Assembly (NCBI RefSeq): GCF_004010195.1
Contig: NC_057754.1
Location: 5,662,278 to 5,699,125, forward strand
From: Chiloscyllium plagiosum
Lineage: Eukaryota
Direction of reading: 5' to 3'
Length of the DNA stretch: 36,848 nt
Part shown: one piece after another, positions 11,190 through 21,432 of the stretch
Numbering within the stretch: the first letter of the stretch is position 1
How the letters are laid out: every line of letters begins with the position of its first letter
Made by a program: the position numbers and the translations under genes
Notes under the pieces: generated by a model
What the model was told of the DNA's origin: nothing
The model's database searches: none
The model's input: the letters and a program-made list of their open reading frames with translations, nothing else

Positions 11190-11880
11190 TGTTCGTGTCA
11201 TTGGGCCAGCAGTTGGCAAACAGAATATAATGTGGGAAATGGTTGTATGGTTTGGAAGGACAAAGTGATTTTAAAATGGACAAAAAGCTGCAACACAAAG
11301 GGACCTGGCTGTGGGGGGGGAGGGGACTTGTACACGAAACACAGCAAGCTCACGCGCAGGGGCAGCAGGGAATCGGGAAGGGTAATGGAATGTAGGCCCT
11401 TATTTCAAGGGGGTTGGAGGGGAAGAGTGGGGAAGTCTTGCAGCAACTAGACAAGGTGCTGGTGAGACCACCATCTAGAGCACTGGGCCCTCTTCTTTAA
11501 GGAGAGAACTCATTTCACTGGAGGCCATTCAGAGACGGTTCGTTAGGATGGTCCCCGATACGGAGGGACTGTCTCATGAGCAAAGGCTAAACCGGGGTTG
11601 GCACTCTGGGGTTTAGAAGGATGGGAGGTCATCTCTCATTGAGGGGCTTGACAGGGTCAATGCTGAGAGGGTGTTTCCCCCCTCATGGGGAGAGTCTGGG
11701 ACCAGAGGGTGCAGTCTCAGAATAAAGGGGGGGGTGCAATTTCAGACTGAGATAGACAGATGCTTGATCAACCGGGACGTCAAGGGTTATGGGGAAAGGG
11801 CAGCAAAGTGAGGAATTTCGGATCAGCCATCGGATGGCTGGAAGGGCCGAACGGCCTGGTCCTGTTCCTATTTCTTACGG
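11190..11880 (+). mobile_element. Degenerate CR1 LINE 3' region
   Basis: Translates WASSWQTEYNVG; also CAAGGTGCTGGTGAGACCAC and the tail GAAGGGCCGAACGGCCT...TCCTATTTCTTA. Confidence 0.8.
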
Positions 11881-12149
11881 CCTTATTGTCTCAGGCAGCT
11901 CACCCCCGCTTTCTCCAGACCCAATCAGGGCGGGGGCCGCAAACACCCACATCCCCGTGAGCGAATAAACAAAAGGGAAAAAAATAAAGAAAGCCCCCAA
12001 AGTATTTTGTAAACGCTCACCACTGGCTGCAAGGAACGTTTAGGGACAAAAGGGCGCTACAGAAATGCAAGTCCTCTGCTGCTGGCCAGTACCACGTCAA
12101 ACCACAGGGTGGCAGCAGAGGCGTAGTTAGACTGTCCCCCTGCAACAGT

Positions 12150-12330
12150 TCAACCCAAGTTGTACGCAGGGAAACAGACCCTTCGGTCCACCTTGTCCAT
12201 GCTGACCACGTGTCCCCAAACTAAACTAGTCCCAGCTGCCTGCGTATGGCCCATATCCCTCTAAACCTTTCCTATCCATGCATCCATCCAAATGCCCTTT
12301 AAACGTTGTAACTGTACCCGCCTCTACCAT
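12150..12330 (-). mobile_element. CR1/HER1 3' tail
   Basis: GGAAACAGACCCTTCGGTCCA...GGCCCATATCCCTCTAAACC is the reverse complement of the tail at about 21320-21430. Confidence 0.8.
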
Positions 12331-12744
12331 AGTCTGGCAGCTAATCCGCAACAGAGACACCCCGAGGGGAATACTTGGCAGGGACAGTTATGAGGACCGC
12401 TTAGCTATCACCCTGGGAATTATAAAGGCCAAATAAGAGCCAGGTTACATGAGAGAGGAGAGACGCTGAGGGCGGGGTGACCTAACGTATGTCTTTGGAG
12501 TTATGAAGGGGTTTGATATGTTAGACACGGAGAGGATGTTCACGCCTGTGGGTGACACGAAAATTCAGGGCCAGGAGTTAATAAACCCAGTCATTAATTC
12601 AGGAGAGTTCGGGGCCTGAGAGAATGCAGAATTGGCTATCACAGCCATTACCACACCCTCCTTCCCATTACCCAAGTCTTTACCTGCACACCAAGGCATA
12701 CCAACTGTTTCTCAAAATACTTTTTTAAATGTTGGGAGGGTTAA

Positions 12745-13133
12745 TAGAACCCTGCAGTGTGGAAGTGCATTCAGCCCATCAAATCCACACTGGCCCTCCA
12801 AAGAGTATCCCACCCAGAGTCACCCCATTCCCATTAATCATCGCTAGCCCACCTCAACGACACATCCCTGGGCACTATGGGACAATTTAGCACGGCCAAT
12901 CCACCCTAACCTGCACATCCCTGGGCACTATGGGACAATTTAGCACGGCCAATCCACCCTAACCTGCACACCTTCGGACTGTGGGAGGAAACCGGATCAC
13001 CCAGGGGAAACCCCACACAGACACGGGGGGAGAATGTGCAAACACCACACTGACAGTCGGCCGAGGGTGGGATCGAACCCGTGACCCTAGCGTTGTAAGG
13101 CAGTAGTGCCAACCACTGAGCCACCGTGCCGAG
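12745..13133 (-). mobile_element. Near full-length HE1 SINE with about 2 copies of the 53-bp unit
   Basis: Minus strand reads GGCACGGTGGCTCAGTGGTTGGCACT (A box)...GGGTTCGATCCC (B box)...GGTTTCCTCCCACAGTCCGAAGGTGTGCAGGTTAGGGTGGATTGGCC. Confidence 0.9.
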
Positions 13134-13274
13134 CATGGCCGAGTTGGGCTGAAGGGTCCGTCTGCGTGCTGCACAACCCGATGATCTGTCTGGGTGACCG
13201 TGTTCCTGCCCGCCTTACCCAGCACCTGGAGTATGAGGTGATCCATGAGCCTTGTGGCAGTGGCACATTGCACC

Positions 13275-13625
13275 CACCGTGCCTTTTTAAAATCTCTCTC
13301 CTCTCACTTTAAAAATGTGCCCTCTCGTCTTAAAATCCCCCATATTTGGGAATAGACACTCATCATTAACTCTACCTATACCTCTCATTATTTTATAAAC
13401 GTCTGTCGGATCACCTCTCAACCTCCTACACTCCAGCGAAAAAAGTCCCGGCCTATCCAGCCCCTCCTTATAACCCAAACTCTCCATTCCCGGCAACATC
13501 CTGGTAAATCTCTTCTGACCCCCTCTCCAGCTTCATAATATCCTTCCTGTAACAGGGCACAGTAATCCAGACGAGGCCTCACCAATGTCCTCTACAACCC
13601 CACCATGACGTCCCAACTCCAGTAC
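13275..13625 (-). mobile_element. CR1 LINE ORF2 3' fragment
   Basis: Translates MLPGMESLGYKEGLDRPGLFSLECRRLRGD...VYKIMRG...TRGHIFKVRGERF. Confidence 0.9.
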
Positions 13626-13664
13626 CAGTTGAACTCTGGTTGCCCTCAGTTGATTGCAGTTAAT

Positions 13665-14383
13665 GATGTGGAGGAGACGGTGTTGGGACTGGGGTGGACA
13701 AGGTCAGAAATCACATGACACCAGGTTATAGTCCGACCGGTGTATTTGAAATCACAAGCTTTCAGAGCGCTGCCCCTTCATCGGAAGGAGTGAGAGAGAA
13801 GCACACACTCACAGAGTTTGTAGGCAGGGAGATTGAATCATACACAGGTGGTGTGAGGGGTGCGTCGACAGGCTGAATAACAAGTCTCTGCAGGTGATCG
13901 AGAGCGTCGGATGGTGTGAGGAAAGTGTAAAGAGAGATAATTACAAAAACCGATTCAAGCTAAGACGGTGCTGGAGAGAAACCAAACGGCTGGAATGGGC
14001 GTGAAAGGTGTAAGAGTAGCACACCTAGAGTCTCGCCAAAGTGACGAATAGTCCAAAACCGTACAAACTAATTAAGGCCAAGAGGTCATAGCAAGTTACC
14101 GAGGTGATGGTGCAAAAACAGGAGGGTAAGGAAGATCTTACAGACACATAACAGTGTGGTATGGAACATGGCTATCGGTTTCTGCTTGGCGACTGTGCGT
14201 GGTGTATTCCGAAGGCCGCCTTGGAGGATGCTTACCAGAATCTCCCGGACCCTGGAGGTGTTCCCCGGGCTGGGAGGGAACATCCCTGCCTGGTGGTTGT
14301 TGTGCTGTGTCCGTTCATCCATCCGCTGCCGTAGCGCCTGTTGGGTCTCGCCAATATAGCGTGCCTCAGGGCATCCCTGCTTT
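13665..14383 (-). mobile_element. PLE family-A 3' end: GIY-YIG endonuclease remnant plus terminal repeat
   Basis: Minus strand from about 14379 translates QGCPEARYIGETQQALRQRM, then with frameshifts MNGHS...RQGCSLP and VSILQGGLR...VAKQKPIAMFHT. The terminal repeat contains CCGATGAAGGGGCAGCGCTCTGAAAGCTTGTG...AAATACAC. Confidence 0.88.
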
Positions 14384-14449
14384 CAAATTGAACACGATTA
14401 AACACGAATGCCACTCATTGATCCCACTTCAGTTTCAATGGTTCCCGTG

Positions 14450-14900
14450 GAGATCACAATTGAACTCTATGTGACCTCTGCGGATGACCATTAAACTCTA
14501 ACTGCCCTCCGTTAATCACAATTAAACTCTAATTGCCCTCCTTTGGTCACAATTAAACTCTAATTACCCTCCATTAATCACAATTAAACTCTCGTTGCCC
14601 TTCATTAATCACAATTAAACTCTAACTGCCCTCCGTTAATCACAATTAAACTCTAATTGCCCTCCTTTGATCACAATTAAACTCTAACTGCCCTCCATTA
14701 ATCACAATTAAACTCTAATTGCCCTCCATTAATCACAATTAAACTCTAACTGCCCTCCGTTAATCACAATTAAAGTCTAATTGTCCTCCTTTGATCACAA
14801 TTAAACTCTCGTTGCCCTCCTTTGGTCAGTATTTAAGTTTAGTTGCCCTCTGTCAACCCAATTGCACTCTAATTGCCATCTCCCCCCACCCAGTTGATTA
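14450..14900 (+). repeat. 31-bp AT-rich minisatellite, about 12-14 units, with outlying units at about 13630 and 15670
   Basis: Unit ATCACAATTAAACTCTAATTGCCCTCCATTA. Confidence 0.95.
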
Positions 14901-15664
14901 CGTTATGACACAGTGATGATCCTTTCTCTTAATTAAACCAAACGCCCAGAAACGCTCATCTCGCCCCGTAATCTGTTAAAGTGAGTGACAGAGAACTCCC
15001 GAATCCTACTATATAAAAAAAACCCAATTTATTCTTCAACTTTCAAAGTGAACATTAAATAACAACCATTTACAACTCTAAGCCTCCTTACTCCGACCTG
15101 CTCGTTATCTGCCTCCAACTCTGTAACAATCTACTGTTTCCAATAACACTCCGTATTAAAATTACAGCAACTTTATTTCCAAACCAGACAGTGGTTATTG
15201 TCTCTAGTGTCTTCCTATGGCTGTAGATCTCCCTGGGTTGTCTTCTGTCTTTTGCTACAGAGATGTTTCTCATGCAAATGGTCCCTTCGATAGAGAGTGT
15301 TTTGCAGTGACTCTGGTGATGGCAGTTGGTCGCTCTCTCTCTCTCTCTCTCTGTGGCTAACTCTCAGACTGCTGGTTTCTTTATATCCCAAACATATCAT
15401 CGGTTCAATGTTGGCAAAACAGCAAAATTCAAATTCGATTGGGTTTTACTATCCCAGGGCATAACTTAAGCTGCTTGGTCAAATTCGAACCGTTGTGAAA
15501 ACATAGCAATCAAAAGTCATATTTTTGTTTCACAGCCAGATTTCAAGTTTCTCGTTCACTCTGAGACTGCTAGTCAGTCACATGGCAGGCGCCGACAAGC
15601 CCCGAGTGCAAAGCAGCTTTCACTCTCTCTTAAAGGAACAGTACACACCTTCAACTTCATAACA
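14901..15664 (-). mobile_element. Probable solo LTR of about 764 bp
   Basis: Inverted termini (C/T)GTTATGA...TCATAACA. On the minus strand there is a TATA-like ATATAAAG (about 15379-15386) upstream of AATAAA (about 15028-15033). The 31-bp repeat resumes on both sides. Confidence 0.6.
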
Positions 15665-15954
15665 ACCACAATCAAACTCTAATCGCCATCAGTTGTTAGA
15701 AGTAGGGCAGACGGTGGTTATAACATGACTGAATGACAAGACGGGCAGAAAGGATCCCTTGGGTTGAGAAAGTGAGTCCACCGGGGATTGGGACTGTCAC
15801 TTTAAGGGATTCAAAGTACCACCCTTTCCAAGGCCCTAATAAAAACTAAAAGCCAAAACCACAAAGAACTAATTAGCACCGGCGCGGCATTTAACTGGCA
15901 ATTAGGGCTGAGTGCTCCAATCGTATCAATAGATCTGTACTGGAGAACACTTAC

Positions 15955-15975
15955 TGAGATACTTGCATTTCTGAG
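15955..15975 (-). CDS. Candidate 21-nt exon (SEMQVS); alternatively the 3' end of a TATA-driven first exon
   Basis: tccttcacatcag|CTCAGAAATGCAAGTATCTCA|gtaagt, a perfect donor hexamer; phase 2-2. Confidence 0.35.
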
Positions 15976-16075
15976 CTGATGTGAAGGAGTTGATTCATCA
16001 ATCAATCTCAGACTCGGAATGTGCAATGATACCCAAGGTCACAGCAAGACACGCTTGTGTCTTAAGAGCTCTCAG

Positions 16076-16115
16076 TTTTATAGTCTGTGTCCTCTCCTCT
16101 GGTGTTGGTTATCTC
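16076..16115 (-). promoter_or_regulatory. Candidate TATA box plus GATA site
   Basis: Minus strand has AGATAA (16109-16114) then CTATAAAA (16076-16083), about 120 bp upstream of the GTAAGT donor at 15954. Confidence 0.3.
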
Positions 16116-16148
16116 ACACTGGACAGAATGTTTCTCACAAGGATCACC

Positions 16149-16490
16149 TACAGAGTAAAGCTCCCTCCACACCGTCCCCCATCAAACACTCCCCAGGACA
16201 GGGACAGCACGGGGTTAGATACAGAGTAAAGCTCCCTCTACACTGTCCCTCATCAAACACTCCCTGGACAGGGACAGCACGGAGTTAGATACAGAGTAAA
16301 GCTCTCTCCACACCGTCCCCCATCAAACACTCCCCAGGACAGGAACAGCACAGGGTTAGGTACAGAGTAAAGCTCCCTCTACACCATCCCCCATCAAACA
16401 CTCCCCAGGACAGGAACAGCACAGGGTTAGATACAGAGTAAAGCTCCCTCTACACTGTCCCCCATCAAACACTCCCAGGACGGGGACAGA
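16149..16490 (+). repeat. 70-71 bp minisatellite, about 4.8 units
   Basis: Unit TACAGAGTAAAGCTCCCTCTACACTGTCCCCCATCAAACACTCCCCAGGACAGGGACAGCACGGGGTTAGA; unit starts at about 16150, 16221, 16291, 16362 and 16433. Confidence 0.95.
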
Positions 16491-17100
16491 ACGATTCTTT
16501 CGACCGAGCAGCGGAGTTTAAAGACAGGGCAGAGCGGGGGTTAATCTTTTGAGCCGCTGGTTGGGATGGGGGTGGGCGGGGTGGGGGTGCTGCTGTGTGA
16601 AAGTCCTTGTGCCCTGCGAGGCCGGTGGCGACCAGGACCCGGGGAGGCAGCATCCCACCCACTCCCCCGGCCCGTGCCTCCTGAATCCCAAAGTGGGAAA
16701 ATTCAGTCTCCTCCCTCCCCAACCACCACACACCCGCTCGCCCGTCGCACAAAACCCCTGGGGGGGGTGGGGGGTGGCGTGGGGAAGCCTCATGGTCAGG
16801 CCGAGGGGCTCGGTGAGCGGGCGGCGTCTCAGCGCAGGGCCTGAGAAACCTGCCCTCCCCCCCTACTGCTCCGGCAGGCCTTCGAGAAAATCAAAACGTC
16901 GCTCCGTTTACGGAGGGCTGCACTCATTCTGCTCACGGCGCGAAAGGGTGGGCCTCGATAAACGCGGGGTGCTTGCTTTCGGATCGTGAGAGGCGGAGGA
17001 CGCAACAGCGGATTGGAATCTCGGTGAAAATTAAACAAAACAAAATGGCTACCTTGGCAGTTTCCAGGCCCGCTCGCTGTTTTCCTTCACGCTCTCCTTC
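16490..17100. promoter_or_regulatory. CpG-island-like GC-rich unique segment
   Basis: Visibly dense CG dinucleotides and G/C runs (GGGCGGGG at about 16574); no match to repeats elsewhere in the window. Confidence 0.5.
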
Positions 17101-17142
17101 CTGAAGTCATTATTCTCAACGTTACTCTGAGGGGCCTGTGGG
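17053..17142 (-). CDS. Candidate 90-nt exon (PQAPQSNVENNDFRKESVKENSERAWKLP)
   Basis: ctgctccccag|C CCA CAG...CCA AG|gtagcc; purine-rich and open; phase 2-2. An alternative acceptor at 17135 gives the same reading frame. Confidence 0.35.
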
Positions 17143-17189
17143 CTGGGGAGCAGTCCGGAGATGAACCTCCCCACAGTCTCCAACTTTGT

Positions 17190-17820
17190 CTCCTTCGTGG
17201 GATGTGGACGTCTCTGGATGTGCCCAGCATTTATTCTCCCCCCCCCCCCACCCCCACCTTGAGAAGGTGAGGGTGAGCCGCCATCTTGAACCGCTGCAGT
17301 CCGTGTGTGCTGTGGGTTAGGCCCACAATGCCCTGGGGGAGGGAGTTCCAGGATTCAGACCCAAAGAACGACCGATATATTCCCAAGTCGGGATGGGGAG
17401 TGGTGGGAACTTGCAGAGGGGGGTGGTGTTCCCCATGTACCTGCTGCCCCTTGTCCTTCTAAGATGGTGGTGGGTTTGGAAGGTGCTGCCTGAGGAGCCT
17501 CGGGGAGTTGCTGCAGTGTGTCTTGTAGATGGTACACACTGCTGCTACTGAGGGGAGGGGTGGAGGGAGGGGGTGTGGGGCCAATCGAGCGGGGGGGGCT
17601 TTGTCCCTGGATGGGGTTGAGCTTCTCGAGTGTTGTTGGAGCTGCCCCCCCATCCAGGGACAAGTGGGGAGTGTTCCCTCACCCTCCTGACCTGTGCCTT
17701 GTCGATGGTGGGACAGGCTTTGGGGGGAGTCAGGAAGGTGAGTTACTCGCTGCGGGATTCCCAGCCTCTGACCCGCTCTCGTAGCCGTTGTATTGACGAG
17801 GCTAGTCCGATTGAAATTCT
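17190..17820 (-). mobile_element. LINE 3' region (CR1/L2-group family distinct from HER1; clade uncertain)
   Basis: Remnants AAPTTLEKLNPIQ and SVAAVCTIYKTHCSNSPRLLRQHLPNP; tail AATAAATGCTGG on minus; homologous to 29410-29785. Confidence 0.75.
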
Positions 17821-18167
17821 GCTCCGTCGCACTCCTGACCCGTGCCTGGCTGATGCTGAAACACCCCTTAGAGAGCGGCCCCTGGCAACGCGCATTTGAG
17901 TGGCGCCGTCAGCGTCCCCTTCGCTGACGACTCCCGGCAGAGGGCGGTCTGATAACACACGGATGCGAGACAGCCATTGCGGTCAGGAGCGTGGGTGAAA
18001 GAGGTGGAGGCTGAGAATGAAGGCAGTTCAGTGTTGAGGAACACAGGTGGGTGAAGACACAGCCAGTGTCGGCGCTACACTAATCCAGAGAGACCGGAAT
18101 CGAGGATCTGGAGGAGGTCATACACAGGGAGACAGTGTCGCCTGGCTCAAACGAGGTGATAGGGACT

Positions 18168-18280
18168 TAGAGTCGTAGAGATGTACAGACCCTTTGTCCA
18201 CGCCGACCAGATATCCGAAATTAATCCTGTCTCATTTGCCAGCATTTGCCTCACATCCCTCTCAACCCTTCCTATTCATA
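18168..18280 (-). mobile_element. CR1/HER1 3' tail
   Basis: TAGAGTCGTAGAGATGTACAG...GCCGACCAGATATCC. Confidence 0.75.
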
Positions 18281-18771
18281 GAATAATAGAAACAGCCATT
18301 CAGCCCTTCAAATCCACACTGGCCCGGTGAAGAGCATCCCACCCAAACCTACCCTTATCCCAGTAACCCTGCGTGTCCATGGCCAATCCACTCTAACCTG
18401 CACATCCCTGGACACTATGGGACAATTTAGCATGGCCAATCCACCCTAACCTGCACATCCCTGGGCACTATGGGACAATTTAGCACGGCCAATCCACCCT
18501 AACCTGTGCACCCCTGGACATTACGGGACAATTTAACACGGCCAATCGACCCTAACCTGCACATCCCTGAGCACTGTGGGACAATTTAGCACGGCCAATC
18601 CACCCTAATCTGCACATCCCTGGGCACTGTGGAATTTAGCACGGCCAATCCACCCTAACCTGCACATCCCTGAGTACTTTGGGACAATTTAGCACGGCCA
18701 ATCCACCCTGACCTGCACATCCCTGAGTACTTTGGGACAATTTAGCATAGCCAATCCACCCTAACCTGCAC
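18281..18771 (-). repeat. HE1 3' part with about 7-8 diverged 53-bp units
   Basis: Repeated GGCCAATCCACCCTAACCTGCACATCCCTG. Confidence 0.9.
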
Positions 18772-19140
18772 ATAGAGTCATAGAGATGTACAGCATGGAA
18801 ACAAACTCTTTAATCCAGCTCGTCCATGCCGACCAGATATCCTGATCTAATCTAGTCGTATTCCCCAGCACTTGGCCCATATCCCTCCAAACCCTTCCTG
18901 TTCATGTCCCCATCCAGATGCCTTTTAAATGTTGTCATTGTACCAGCCTCCACCACTTCCTCTGGCAGCTCATTCCACACACGCACCACCCTCTGTGTGA
19001 AAAAATCCATTTATCCTATCCGTGCCCCTAATGATTTTGTAAACCTCTATAAGGTCACTCCTCAGCCTCCGACCCTCCGGGGAAAACAGCCCCAGCCTCT
19101 CCCGAGAGCACAAACCCTCCAAACCCAGCAACATCCTTGT
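18772..19140 (-). mobile_element. CR1/HER1 3' end with internal deletions
   Basis: CAGCTCATTCCACACACGCACCACCCTCTGTGTGAAAAA is the reverse complement of the FFTQRVVRVWNEL coding sequence. Confidence 0.88.
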
Positions 19141-19333
19141 CAATTTAAGAGGTGTCCCAGGAACATCTGGACAGCACCTGGGAATGAAGCCTTATCTGCT
19201 AATAAATACCTGTCTCCTCCAATCAGCAGGTTTATGGAGACATGGGCTTAAATCATCTTTTTACGAGACTAGTTCGAGCTAACTTTGCCAGCACGAGGTA
19301 TTTGCTTGTCAACGAGCCAAGAGTCCAGCTCAC

Positions 19334-19428
19334 AATCCCACAGGTGAATGAACTGGCGGAATGTGCATTTCCCTAGCGCCTCTCTGCGCAAGCCCTGAAG
19401 CTCCCTGCGTCCAGCAGAACGTGTTCTT
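19334..19428 (-). CDS. Candidate 95-nt exon (KNTFCWTQGASGLAQRGAREMHIPPVHSPVG)
   Basis: tcctgcccttcag|AAG...GGA TT|gtgagc; phase 0-2; lies in a non-repeat island. Confidence 0.28.
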
Positions 19429-19461
19429 CTGAAGGGCAGGACTGCAGGGCACCCAGCAATG

Positions 19462-19565
19462 ACAGTCCCCTCTGTACACTTCCCTCTGTGTGCCCCCTGT
19501 CAAACACCCCCCAGGACAAGGACAGCATGGGGTTAGATACAGAGTAAAGCTCCCTCTACACTGTC
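19462..19565 (+). repeat. 71-bp minisatellite family, second locus, running into a gap
   Basis: Same unit as 16149-16490. Confidence 0.9.
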
Positions 19566-19828
19566 NNNNNNNNNNNNNNNNNNNNNNNNNNNNNNNNNNN
19601 NNNNNNNNNNNNNNNNNNNNNNNNNNNNNNNNNNNNNNNNNNNNNNNNNNNNNNNNNNNNNNNNNNNNNNNNNNNNNNNNNNNNNNNNNNNNNNNNNNNN
19701 NNNNNNNNNNNNNNNNNNNNNNNNNNNNNNNNNNNNNNNNNNNNNNNNNNNNNNNNNNNNNNNNNNNNNNNNNNNNNNNNNNNNNNNNNNNNNNNNNNNN
19801 NNNNNNNNNNNNNNNNNNNNNNNNNNNN

Positions 19829-20850
19829 TAACACCACACTCTCACACACACATACACATATACATACACACACACTCATATACACACACTCTCACACACA
19901 CATACACCTACTCACATACACACACTCTCTCTGACACATAAACTCTCATGTACGCCACACTAGCACATACATGTACTTTTTCTCACACACATACACTTGC
20001 ACAAACACCACACTTGCACATATACATACTCTCTCTCACACTCACACACATTCTCATTTATATACACACACAAACACACACACTCAAACACACAGACTCA
20101 CATCCATCACACTTGTACATTGTGCATACCTACACACACTCTTTTACAACACAGACAGATGCACAACACGCACAAACAGATGCACAGACACACACTTCAG
20201 ACACACACAGACACATTCTCATTTATACGCACTCTCTCACATATACAGACACTCAAACACACACACACACTCATATATATACACACTCTTACACACTCTC
20301 AACACACACACACTCTCAACACACATTCACACTCAATACACACACACACTCACACTCAATACACACACACTCACTCTCGATACATATACACTCGCTACGT
20401 ATACACACACTCGCTCACTCTTGATACACACACACTCAATATACACTCACTCACACTTGATACACACACACTTGCTTGCACTTGATACGCACGCTTGCTC
20501 ACACACTATCGCTCACACTTGATGGACACACACACTCTCGATACACACACACTCGATTCATGTACACACTCAACCTGCAAAGGACCTTTGCTGTTCTTCA
20601 TAATATCCTGAGACACACTCACTCTTGATGCACACACTCACTCTCGAAACACACACACACTCGCTCACACTCAATACAGACACACACTTGCTTGCACTTG
20701 ATCCGCTCGCTTGCTCATGCACAATCGCTCACACTTGATGTACACACACACATTCACTCTCAATACACACACACACACTCTCACACTTGATACACACGTA
20801 GTCCCTCACACACACACACCTTCTCGCTCACACTGCATACACACTCACTC
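19829..20850. repeat. (CA)-rich low-complexity tract
   Basis: Imperfect CA/CT/TA dinucleotide runs. Confidence 0.95.
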
Positions 20851-20926
20851 CTTCATGCAGCGTGTTGTTGAGCATTCGTAATGTACCCTTCATCTTCCCC
20901 TCACACCTCCAACCCCCTGCCCTCAC

Positions 20927-20959
20927 CAGCAGCGACAGGAGCAGTCTGGTGTAGGACAT
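20927..20959 (-). CDS. Candidate 33-nt exon (MSYTRLLLSLL)
   Basis: tttcttttgagacagacag|ATG TCC TAC ACC AGA CTG CTC CTG TCG CTG CTG|gtgagg, in a unique island of about 200 bp between repeats. Confidence 0.38.
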
Positions 20960-21053
20960 CTGTCTGTCTCAAAAGAAATCTATCATTTTCTCTATTATCA
21001 TTCTTTGAGTAAAACTGAAAATGGAGTCCACTAACTTCCCATAATATGTTCGC

Positions 21054-21432
21054 AGGAGGTTGAGGGGTGACCTTCTAGAGGTTTATAAAATCATAAGGGG
21101 CGTGGATAGGGTGAACGGCTGGTGTCTTTCCCCTAGGGTGGGGGATTTCAAAACGAGGGGGGATTATTTTTAAGGTGAGAGAAGAGAGATCTAAAAACGA
21201 CTTGGGGGCAATTTGTTTACACAGAGGGTGGTCCGTGTGTGGAATGAGCTTCCTGAGGAAGTGGTGGATGTGGGGACAGTTACAACATTTAAAAGACATT
21301 TGGATAAGGACACAAATAGGAAAGGGATATGGGCCGGGGCAGGCAGGTGGGACGAGTTTAGTTTGGGATTATGGGTCGGCACGGACTGGTTGGGCCGAAG
21401 GGTCTGTTTCCGTGCTGTGTGACTCTATGACA
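21054..21432 (+). mobile_element. CR1/HER1 3' end
   Basis: Translates FTQRVVRVWNELPEEVVDVGTVTTFKRHLD; tail ends GACTCTATGAC. Confidence 0.92.

Noticed and set aside
13060..13133. tRNA gene (also 4065-4130 and 34300-34370)
   Set aside because: The A and B boxes continue straight into the SINE body, so these are tRNA-derived SINE heads.
16549..16989. 146-aa ORF in the GC-rich patch
   Set aside because: It has a non-ATG start, stop codons are expected to be scarce at high GC, and I see no recognisable domain.
17851..17952. C/D box snoRNA (TGATGC...CTGA)
   Set aside because: The C box is imperfect, no terminal stem sits directly next to the boxes, and it is antisense to the only candidate host gene.
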